A model generated the notes under the pieces. It worked only from the letters and a program-made list of their open reading frames with translations. It ran no database searches and had not been told where the DNA came from. DNA of 63,669 bases, the filler included, from Klebsormidium nitens (taxonomy: Eukaryota > Plantae > Klebsormidiophyceae): assembly GCA_000708835.1 (NCBI GenBank). It is 6 parts of 6 records of this genome, joined end to end, with 100 filler letters (N's around TTAATTAATTAA, not from the genome) between each part and the next. Parts side by side here need not be neighbours in the genome. Positions count along the whole stretch, not along the records: positions 6,312 to 15,933 come from DF237087.1; positions 16,034 to 27,667 come from DF238133.1; 4 more parts are not named here. One strand, written 5' to 3'. Of the stretch, positions 12,801 to 22,407 are shown one piece after another (within the stretch, counting starts at the first letter, position 1; the number at the start of each line of letters is the position of its first letter). Position numbers and translations under genes: made by a program.

Positions 12801-13592
12801 GCCGCCAACAACTTCCATCGAAAGTGATCGATCCTCACGTTCTGAAGTTCCGGTTTTGTAGCATCTGTCCAGGGCAACTTTGCAAATCCACTTTTCATTT
12901 CCGAGTTTGAAGCATTTGTCTGAAGCACAAGTGTCTCCCTTCTTCTCTATCCATCTGCATGGACGAGGTACGTGTGATCGTCGGTTTGTTGCCTCTTGAC
13001 ATTTGTTGTGACTCGCAGATTTCGTGAGAACCGCTTCAACACCCTCGCCATGGACCTGGACAGAGCACTCGAGCAGGTCAACAAAGCGGGCGTAGTTCAG
13101 GAGTACGTCCAGGAACAGCACCACCCGCTCAGCCGTGTGCCGTTTGCGGTGCGCGTCCTTGCCTTCCTGGTGGACTGCAAGGAGGAGGAGCTGGACCATG
13201 AGGCAGAGCGGTGGGAGGCTTCGGAGGAGCGCGTGCAGGCTGTCTATGCGGAGCTCATCGGGTCTAGCAAGAGCCGGCTAAAGACCATTTACAACCTGTA
13301 TGGCTTTGTGCAGCAGACCTCAAGGCCCACGCAGGCTGCCGATGGGAGAGAGAAAGAGAGCAAGGCTCAGAAGCGAAATGCAGTGGGGAACGTGCTCAGA
13401 GCGGGCCTTGGAGTTGAGCTACAGAAGGGCTCAAAGAGTGGTGGCAAATTCAAGCAACCCCACTCGTTGACGCCCGCAATTTGCTTAGGATTGCATGAGC
13501 GGTATCGTTCGTTCGAATTGGACATGGACGCAGGGGCTGAGTGCACAATTGAGCCGCTAGAGGTGTTAAGCTCCCAGTTTGAGAGTTTATGA
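6852..13592 (+). CDS. AEP primase (PrimPol/NCLDV-herpes clade) + Zn-binding domain + UL9-like SF2 origin-binding helicase fusion; 5 modelled exons, 2 frameshifts in exon 1
   Basis: Exons 6852-8653, 10217-10940, 11505-12131, 12451-12746, 13019-13592, all GT-AG with matching phases (about 1340 aa; start not located). Primase motifs HLYEVI..RIYFDLD, FKYSVH, WDGSVYGQHRCFRMLRSSK. Zn domain CCIAGRRH...YQCFANSC. Helicase motifs ILVSARKGVGKS, VCCINSIHRV, MDEMDMVLSNLNS, VIGMDANID, FSPKLGPGVS, LLQQHARFR, which parallel UL9 APMGSGKT, VESLHRV, LDEV..TLGQLYS, IIAMDATAN. Frameshifts in C runs at 7937-7941 and about 8442-8444. Confidence 0.85.
8690..9200. repeat. Palindromic minisatellite family 1, about 5 units of about 110-125 bp, in intron 1 of the primase-helicase gene
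   Basis: Each unit has (C)GTCAATYTGCA ... TGCARATTGTC in inverted orientation about 33 bp apart. Confidence 0.8.
9600..9966 (+). pseudogene. Diverged, frameshifted duplicate of helicase exon 2
   Basis: Same acceptor context TTTGCAG|GGGCGAGTGCC as 10217. Encodes GECRVLPLDILTTLGWTEDY...KKGVGKSKEF, then a net 7-nt deletion relative to 10217-10590. Ends at an N gap. Confidence 0.8.
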
Positions 13593-13789
13593 ATATGCAT
13601 TAGACTGAGCTAGGTTTGAATAGCATCTTACGAGACCATATTTATTATTGGCCTTATCAATCAAACTGATTGAAGAGATGCATTGCTTTGAAGGTTCCCA
13701 TTTGCATTGAAAGGTGTTGCAATGAGACAAGTCGCCTAAGCTCGCATGACACACTCGCCAAAGAGGCAGGCCGTGCTCTACTTAGGAAA

Positions 13790-14270
13790 TATGCACTGCT
13801 TTGACGGGTGCGAGCTAAGCCGTCAATTTGCATGGCTATTTGAGGATTGCTTGTATAGAACCGTTGGTGCAAATTGACGGGCCCATGCCGGACACTTTCT
13901 TTGATGAAGATTGTAAGAGACGGCACTAAAAGTTGCCGTCAATCTGCATGGTTATTCGAGGATTGCTTGTATACAACGATGGTGCAAATTGACGAACCCA
14001 TGCCGGACACTTTCTCCAATAAAATGTTACGAAACAGCACTTTAAGGAGCCGTCAATCTGCATGGCTATTTGAGGATTGCTCGTATGGAACGATGGTGCA
14101 AATTGACGGGCCCATACCGGACACTTTCTCCAATGAGATTGTAGGAGACGGCACTTTAAGGAGCCGTCAATCTGCATGGCTATTTGAAGATTGCTTGTAT
14201 AGCACGATGGTGCAAAGTGACGGGCCCATGTCGGACACGTTCTCCAATGATTTCGTAAGAGATGGCACGA
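13790..14270. repeat. Palindromic minisatellite family 1, 4 units downstream of the helicase stop
   Basis: Units start at 13820, 13936, 14050 and 14164 (periods 116, 114, 114). Each has CCGTCAATYTGCA ... TGCAAATTGACG. Confidence 0.9.
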
Positions 14271-14419
14271 AGCGGTGTTGTGAAGGCTTGCATGCTGATG
14301 GATATGTCAATGAGGCCTTTGCACACCACTGAATTAAGGCGTCAACCCTCCTTAAAGCTCGCACTTTGCATACATACTTAAGGGTAGAGTTGGGCTGATT
14401 ACCTACCAACATTCTTTCA

Positions 14420-14824
14420 ATGGAGCAGCTTCCAAGTGGACACATGCTATGTCGAGCGGTTGGGGTCAGCTTTGAAGGCCGTCAGGACCTTGTTCGCAAG
14501 CTTCGACCAGGCCAGGAGCTCGTGCTTCAAAAGCATTTGGGAAATGGTCATGATACATACGGCATAGGTATATTCGACCCCACAGATCGTGTGTTGCCTT
14601 TAGGGTTCATTGGGCGCGACTTCAAGCACCATAGAGTGTTTGATCGAGTCCGCAAAGGGATAGATATGCGAGCACGTGTGCATCGCATAAGTCAAGGCAG
14701 AGGTCGTTACGGACCGTGGGGATTCATGGTGGAGATCGAAGACTCTAGCACAGTCTCTTGCACGTCTCACGATCCCGCTCCAAATGACATTGTTTGCGAG
14801 ATTGTTATCCAGAAGCGATCTTGA
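14420..14824 (+). CDS. Stand-alone HIRAN-domain protein, 134 aa
   Basis: AVGVSFEGRQDLVRKLRPGQELVLQKHLGNGHDTYGIGIF...LGFIGR matches the HIRAN pattern vaGvsf..r...l..L..g..l.L.rep.N.yD..AI.v....lGyvp. Confidence 0.75.
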   Translation: MEQLPSGHMLCRAVGVSFEGRQDLVRKLRPGQELVLQKHLGNGHDTYGIGIFDPTDRVLPLGFIGRDFKHHRVFDRVRKGIDMRARVHRISQGRGRYGPWGFMVEIEDSSTVSCTSHDPAPNDIVCEIVIQKRS

Positions 14825-14949
14825 GGGCATGGTGCAAAGACTCGTTTGTCATTGAGTCGGCACAAGAAAGGTATAAGTCTCAGGTTGAGGAATGGGTTGA
14901 GATGCAAAGACATACGCACTATGTACTAATCGTTCGCGTTTTCTGCTAG

Positions 14950-15516
14950 ATGTTGGTAGATGACATGGATGCTGTTCTTGAATACCAGCCATCGACGAGT
15001 GCAACCATAAAAGAAATGGACAGAAACGTTTTGAACGCAGCCAAAACAATTATAATCCGTTGCTTCAAAGAGTTCAACATGCTCGACACAATTCTGGATG
15101 TGGGTGCCCTTGCAGGAATGCGTGCGCTCGTTGGCCCCTATGATTTGAAGCATATTACTAGAGCTCTTACTCGAGCACTCGTAGCAGACGGCTTTGACGC
15201 CTATTGGGAGAAGTTTGGATTTCACGGCCCATTCTTTATCGTCGTAAGTTGGCGGATGGCGTTAGAAGATGCCAAGCGTGCTCGCCATAATGCTCGCCAC
15301 CCAAAAGCTCAATCAGAGTCTATCTTAAGGCATCGAGGAAGCCGGATAGCTTTGCCTCAACACAAGAACAATGAGGCGTGTTCTCAACTTTCCAGTCGTG
15401 CCCCTAGCTTGATATGGGAAGATCATGATGAGCCGGTTATGGGCCTTGAGCTACTAGCAAACCCAGAAAAGGTTCAAGGATTACACGGCTCTCCCAAATC
15501 CCTCTCATCTGGATAA
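14950..15516 (+). CDS. Hypothetical protein or exon, 188 aa
   Basis: Open frame with globular-looking composition, preceded by a possible acceptor TTTTCTGCTAG. No motif recognised. Confidence 0.35.
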   Translation: MLVDDMDAVLEYQPSTSATIKEMDRNVLNAAKTIIIRCFKEFNMLDTILDVGALAGMRALVGPYDLKHITRALTRALVADGFDAYWEKFGFHGPFFIVVSWRMALEDAKRARHNARHPKAQSESILRHRGSRIALPQHKNNEACSQLSSRAPSLIWEDHDEPVMGLELLANPEKVQGLHGSPKSLSSG

Positions 15517-15780
15517 AATACCAAGCCAAAGGCTTCAGTATTCGAAAAGTGTACGCTGATATTCATAGTATCCAGGACTGGTCAGTTTTCTGCAGAAAAT
15601 CGAGGTTGAGTCTTGGGTCGAAGTCAGCTTATAGGAGCTTTTGTAACCAGATAACCATGAAAAGCCTCTACGTATCTCAAATTCGTCATTTAAATCCTGA
15701 ACGTGTATATTCATATTATCTAAGACGGGCCTTTATTCCCTTGTTAAAATTTTCTCCGCTAGTATCCAGATAAGCTGACA

Positions 15781-16368
15781 ATGCAAGGCTGTGAGAAGAA
15801 CGCACGACTCATAACCATAGTTACCGAAGGTCAACGTCTCTTGCGCCAGGTATTTGATGACGGTACTCGCAAAGAGAACACTCTTCAGCAATACTGCAAC
15901 CATGTGATGAGACTGTTCCGTGGGTTTAAGGGGNNNNNNNNNNNNNNNNNNNNNNNNNNNNNNNNNNNNNNNNNNNNTTAATTAATTAANNNNNNNNNNN
16001 NNNNNNNNNNNNNNNNNNNNNNNNNNNNNNNNNAGACCCTGGAGCAGATCAAAGAGGTCTTTGCTCTCGGCGCCATGATCGATCCAGAGACTCTAAAGGC
16101 AGCAGGGAGCTTCCAGGATGCAGCCGCATGTGCAATCACACGCCTTTACAAGAGGCGCACATGCAACGACCCAACGGATCTATCCTGGCCGTGGCTGTTT
16201 CGATGGTTCATGCGAGCTGGGGGGTTCGAGGCCTGGTCGACCGACGATGTTATTGAATTCTTCGACGAGTTTATGAGCAGTGAAGTGGGCAGATTTGAGG
16301 AGTTCAAAGGCAAGCTTTCCAAGCGCATCTGCCGCGCCGCAATTGAGGATTGTCGCTGTGGGCACTGA
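15781..16368 (+). CDS. Hypothetical protein spanning a gap
   Basis: Protein-like frames on both sides of the linker gap (GTRKENTLQQYCNHVMRLFRGF and MIDPETLKAAG...WPWLFRWF...FFDEF). No family recognised. Confidence 0.3.
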
Positions 16369-16869
16369 CCACTCTACTGACGCTTGGCGCGGTCGGCGGG
16401 GCCTGCCACTGGGGTTGAGCAGGTTGCACTGCAGAGCGGGCCATCACCTCTGCCACCCAGTTCGGGTTCGATTGCTGAATGAGAAAGGAATGCACGAGTC
16501 AACACCAAGTCCATTGACTCTTCCCATATGCCAGCTCTCGAAATGCATGGGTGCAAACGAATGAGCGTGCTCAATGATAGCATCTCACACAAATAGTCGG
16601 ACAGCGACTGAAACTCACGCTTGCTCGCCATGCATCAAATGGCTCGATGCTGACTGGCTTTGACCTGACGCTCTCTTGAACCTCCTGCATGACACGGATT
16701 GCCCAATTATTCGTCAATCGTGAATCACCCGGACTATATCGACGCTTTGTGGATGCCGGTGAGAAGGGGCATGGTGATTCTGGGAAGTGGCACTTGTGGC
16801 CTGGCAATACTTCGTGTCATCGTGGGATGGAGGCATGAGGCAGAAAGTAACTTTGCATGGCGAATAACT

Positions 16870-19800
16870 TACCTCTGCTGTCGGAAGGTGAATCAGGGGC
16901 CGCCTGCGTGAGCTGCTCAGGGCGCCGGGATCGTGTGTGGGCCACCCCGGGTTGCTCTCCACGCCCCCGATCATCAGTTGTGTCGCTGCATCGCACCAAA
17001 GGAATCCCTCAACCAATCGTGCTCAGAATGGCATGCCCTTCAAGCCAGACTCGCGCATTCAAAGTCTAATCGTGTTCAGAATGGCAAGCCTTCAGGTCAA
17101 ACCCATGCACTCGCTGTCCTATCGGCAAAGCCAATTGAGAGCCTCTTCTTGCCAACAAATGCCAGAGATTTGCCACCATACCTATCAGAGCCCTGCTCTT
17201 TGGTGCCGAAGAGTAGAAGACCTTCTCCGACCCATACTCGTAGGCTGACAATCCTGCGCGGGCAGAAGGCTGGGGGGTAAGAGACGAGAGACCTGCCACG
17301 ATTTCAGCGGTCCTGCGAACATTCGGGATCTTACAAAGTAAAGGCTCGCAGCGCGGCAAAGGCTCACACCGTTGCGCAGGGCCCGGCCATACCCTGCAGG
17401 ATGTACCAGGAAACGCCCATTAGATTCTATAGAAAGTAATACAGCGTTTCTTGGTACATGCCCACTGTGCACTGGATTGTCGGATCATGCGCTTGATGGG
17501 CAAGGCCGGCCATACCCTGCAAGATGTACCAAGAAAAGCCCCTTAGATTCTTAAGAAAGTAATACAGCATTTCCTGGTACACGGCCCTTCACTCTGCAAA
17601 GCCTCACACCGTTTTTGGGGGCGGCCATACCCCACAGGATGTTCGAGACCCCCCAGCCATACCCTGCAACTTGAAAGCGTACCAGAAAACGCCCATTTGA
17701 TTCTTAAGAAGTAATACACACTTTCTTGGTACAAATCCCGGCACTCTGCAAAGCCTCACACCGTGTTGGAGTGGCCCCGACCATACCTGCCAAGTTTCTA
17801 TCAGAAAAGGCCAAGCATCTGACCCGGCTTTTGACGTCTGAGAGGGAAGACGTGGCAGTTCCCCAGCACTGCCAAATCCTACCACGAGATGGACACATAC
17901 CAGTACGTCGCTAAAAAGAAGGTTCGTTGCTCACCTTGGAATCCGCTCCTCGCCAGCACGCTCACCGTGGCAGCGGGCTGAACCCCAAACCTGGTGCTCC
18001 CGCTTGAAAGGGCGCACAGGCCCTCTGCGCGACGGAGGACGAGAGGCTGCCCGGGCTGCGCATCGTCACTGGCGGCGTGCGGATGGCAGGCTGCGCCACG
18101 ACCGCAGTCCGACTTGGAGTCGCTGGCGATCGCACGGGGGACGGTTCTGGGGTTGTGGCGGGCGCCGCGGTCAGCGCACACGGACTCTGCAAAAAGGCGA
18201 TCAATGAGTCAGAACAGTGCACTGGGGATGTCGCAATTGACCTGCCAGGTACCCTCGGATTCGTGCGACAGGTCAAGGGCATGCACTCTGCCCTGGCCAT
18301 ACCCTTCAAGATCTGTGTACCAAGAAACACCCAGTAAGATTCTTAAGAAGTAATAGGTTGTTTCTTGGTACATGTCCGTGATGAGCTGCAAAGTCGACGT
18401 ACCACCAAAAACGCTCTTCCTTCCACTGCTTTTGGGGCACGGCTTTAAACAAACCCCTCCACCAATCATCTGTGCCCAACCTCACAATCCAAGATTTGAA
18501 TTTGTGGCGCGATCACTTTCAATCTACAAGCCATGGGTCGCTCGCCGCAGCGCTGGAGTCAGCCTCCCCTTCACAACTTTCGGGCACTCACCTGCTGTTG
18601 CCGTCCATGACTGAGGAGCAGTACGTGACCCGGGGCCCTTCTGATGCCGCTCGCGTTCAGGACAGGCAGGGCTCGCCTTCCTTCGCGCCTTCTCGCGCGC
18701 CTGAACCCATGCTGCAATAAGAAAAGGATACCTTTGATCAGCGCGGGGGTTGCCGGGCCTGCAGCCATGCGAAGACGTGCACGATTCACAGTCGGATTGC
18801 TGGTTGCTGCACCCAATTGAGAGGTGTGTGTCTCAGGACTCTTACCCGCGCGGTCCTGGTCGATCTGGAAACAGCCCTTCGTTGGCCCATGGCTCTTGCA
18901 GTAGTATCTGACGCCCCCTCCCTCCTTGCTCCCGCGTAGCCCATACTCTGCGGGCGTGTCGCACTCGCGGCAATGAAGGGCATGTGGGTCTGAAAAAGAG
19001 ATGAAGGCAAAGAGAATCAGGGCCAATCACGTACCCCACACACCTGTCTCGCAAGACCGGCCATGCCACCAAGTTTGGGTGCTGTACCAAGAAATGGCCT
19101 GTTGATATCTAAAGAAAGAATTGGCCAGAAGTTGGTACACTTCCCAGCCATGCCATCAGTTTTTGGCGCTGTACCAAAAAGTGACCGATATTCATCTCGA
19201 GAAAGAACGGGTCAGATCTGAATCCACTTCCTGCGCACGCCCAGGCATGCCATCAACTCTTGGTGCCATTGTTATGTTTGGAAATAAGTGGTCAAAACCT
19301 GGTACATTCGCAAGTCACGCCCAGCCATGACATCAAGTCTTGGCGCTGTACCAAGAAATGACCCATTGGTATCTTACAAAAGAATTGGTCAATGCTTGGT
19401 ACTGCTCCCTACGCATGCCCAGTCCTGCCTTAAGCTTCTGGCGCCCTTCTTATATGGTCAAACCTGGTACAACTTCAATGCAGACCCAGCCATGCCACCA
19501 ACTTCTGGCGCTGTACGTAGAAATGGCCCATTAGTATCTTTAGAAAGAATTGGCTAAAACTTGGTACACTTCCCAACGCACGCCCAGCCATGCTACTAAA
19601 GATCTGCTGCTCATTTGATGAAGGTTTATTGAACCGCTGTTCTGAAGGTCCAAAGAACACTCTTTTCCTGAAACGATGGTATGTCTAATGGCACAAATGT
19701 CCTGCTGATTACTGGAAATGAAAGTGAGCCTTGATACACCTCCTTGCAGGGGCAGCAATCAAAGATCTCCTGACCTTAAGAGTTGGCATTTGAAGAAGCA

Positions 19801-20146
19801 AACAATCCGCCTTTTGCTCACCGCGTTCCGCGACGCAATTTGAAACTTCTTCGAGAACCCGCGGATCCTGCCGCTTTGCTTTCTGGTCAGCAGCGCGGAA
19901 GCGCCGGCCTCGTGAAACCTTGCAAGCAGGCTGCCCTTCATCTTTCAATTGCTTTGACCTTTGGCACCGCCGGCGGCGAGGGGCAGGTGCGTCATCGCTC
20001 TGCGCATTGACAGCAGCGATCAAAATCTCTTGCCTCTCTGCACTGATTGTGATGCGCTCCCTATACTCTGCAGCACGCGCAAAGCGTGCAGCCTGGCAGA
20101 CCCTGTGGTCAGACTTGGACCTGCCACAAGGCCGGCTTCTTGCCAT
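16870..20146 (-). CDS. Multi-exon hypothetical gene with one EsV-1-7-like Cys/His motif; boundaries approximate
   Basis: AG..GT-bounded exon candidates at about 18989-18846 (HCRECDTPAEYGLRGSKEGGGVRYYCKSH), 18712-18592, 18190-17935, 17330-17175 and an upstream ORF 19709-20146. Repeat arrays fall in the predicted introns. Confidence 0.45.
17340..17800. repeat. Palindromic minisatellite family 2 (GTACCAAGA...TCTTGGTAC)
   Basis: About 4 units of about 110-120 bp, each with inverted GTACCA/TGGTAC ends and a central TTCTTAAGAA palindrome. A single further unit lies at about 18310-18375. Confidence 0.8.
19050..19600. repeat. Palindromic minisatellite family 2, diverged array
   Basis: Repeated GGCGCTGTACCAAGAAATG...AAGAATTGG...TTGGTACACTTCCCAGCCATGCC units. 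Confidence 0.75.
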
Positions 20147-22407
20147 TACTTATCACGCATTAGCTCCGCTGGTCACAGCTGCAAATACACATAAGAGACT
20201 GAATCAATTTGCCCACAGCAACTGAAGCACAAACCAATTCAGAGCAGACCCACAGCTTCGAAATTTCGAAGCAGAGCAAAGCAGATTAGTTGGCCCCAAA
20301 GATTGATTGGCCCAAAAACTCAAGCACCTCCGAAGACATGCTTTTGCTAGATTCAACTCCCGAGTATAGAAAACTGCCATGACGCAATCACTTACCCCAA
20401 GCCTAAACCACTTGGCGCTTGGTGCTTGCAGCACTTTCCTGCGGGCATGCTGGCAGTGTCAAGCTAGAGACTAGAAGGGGCAGCTTCCTCAGGCTCGAGG
20501 GAACAGTCCGGTCCGGAGTAATAATGGTGCCCTTACAACAGGTCCTGCCGCTCGAGGGGCTGATTTCCGGGTGCCCGGTAGGACCTAGACTCACGTACGG
20601 CAGCTGGGGAACTGCGTCACGGTCGGGCTTGAGACCATCNNNNNNNNNNNNNNNNNNNNNNNNNNNNNNNNNNNNNNNNNNNNNNNNNNNNNNNNNNNNN
20701 NNNNNNNNNNNNNNNNNNNNNNNNNNNNNNNNNNNNNNNNNNNNNNNNNNNNNNNNNNNNNNNNNNNNNNNNNNNNNNNNNNNNNNNNNNNNNNNNNNNN
20801 NNNNNNNNNNNNNNNNNNNNNNNNNNNNNNNNNNNNNNNNNNNNNNNNNNNNNNNNNNNNNNNNNNNNNNNNNNNNNNNNNNNNNNNNNNNNNNNNNNNN
20901 NNNNNNNNNNNNNNNNNNNNNNNNNNNNNNNNNNNNNNNNNNNNNNNNNNNNNNNNNNNNNNNNNNNNNNNNNNNNNNNNNNNNNNNNNNNNNNNNNNNN
21001 NNNNNNNNNNNNNNNNNNNNNNNNNNNNNNCCGGGCAGGTACCGGTCGCCGACGGGCGGTCCGACCGGAAAATGCTGGGTTGTTCACACTACCATCTGGG
21101 CGATCACTGGCCGCCAGAGTCGGGCGTCCGCAGCAAATTTCACCGTCGAGGCGGACGGTACGAGGGACCTGCCATCGCCGGCCGGAGTTTCTTGGCGGAA
21201 CGACCTGGCCTGGCCTGCCGGATTCGCGGTTTTCAGGCATTGTGTGAACAGTGTATCACCCAGGCAAGACGCCGGTTCGAGTGTTTACTGCTGAAGTTGG
21301 CCGCTGACGTCATCCAGAGGAGCCTTCCTTCGACCCCATGTCAAATGCTTGGACACCATGTGTGTTGGACGTGTTTGCACTATCAAATTGAACGCGTAAT
21401 GATTGGTACGGTTGATGACGTCATCGATTTGGAGGTCAAGACGACTGTTTCCCAAACCCTCAGATTGCTTGGACACTCTCGTATGCACTATCAAGAGCTC
21501 ATGCAAATCAATAGCAGCACATTATGATAGTATGGGGGATCATGTCATCGGACTGAGGGGCGAGAAGTGTGCTTCCATAAGCTTGGAAAGCTTGACTACC
21601 TTGAAGAGGTTTGTAGCGCATAATGTTTGGTATAGTTGATGTCACTGTCAGTCGAGATGACATGTCCCCATAGAATTGAACAGCTTGGTCACTTTGGACA
21701 GTCTCGCGCTCTCAATCGTAGTGCGAATAATTGGTATGATTGACAACGTCATTGATCTAGGGGTCGAGACGACTTTTTCCGAAACCTTGGACAGCTTGGA
21801 CGGATTTGCGCTGTTAATAGCTCAAACACCCTTGGACATTTGTGCCCTATCAATCATAGCGCATAATGTTCGGTATGTTTGGTGAGATCGTTGACTCGGG
21901 AGTCGAACAGTAGTAACTACAAATAGTCTATACAATCTGACGACTATAGCTGTGAGCAAGGGTATTCTTAAGTATGATATCACTATTTACTTGCATCACT
22001 AGTGTTTGCGATTATATCATTTGAACGGAGTGCATACCTCAAACTAAGTTTTGGGATATGCAGCAACAGGCACTAAAATCACATGCATGACTATCGGAGG
22101 AGCTGCCCAGGGGCAGTCGTACGTTGGCCTTAAACTCTGTCAATAAAGGTTGCCAACCACATTTGACTGCACATATATTCCAAACAAGAAACCGAACCCT
22201 TCGTGTCACTTGCGTACGAAATTCTGACTCGCGGCAAATCTGGAATATATTCCGGCATGTAACGTATATCAGCAGTCAAATCACAAGCTGTCAAAGCGAG
22301 AGCACATGTCAGACCGCTGCACTTGATGTCAATCAGCATTCTCCAAGCGGAACCAGAACCTTTTGAACGACCAGCTTGCCGTCCATCTACTGATTGATTG
22401 TCTTCTT

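Noticed and set aside
13820-14270. CRISPR-like array
   Set aside because: Whole units, including the would-be spacers, are similar to each other. There are no cas genes and the context is eukaryotic. It is a minisatellite.
13874-14332. 152-aa ORF with 38-aa repeats
   Set aside because: A by-product of the 114-bp period being a multiple of three. The first unit is 116 bp and breaks the frame.
19990-20130. Plus-strand F-box remnant (WQTLWSDLDL)
   Set aside because: It needs a frameshift, and the minus-strand frame with a good donor explains the region better.
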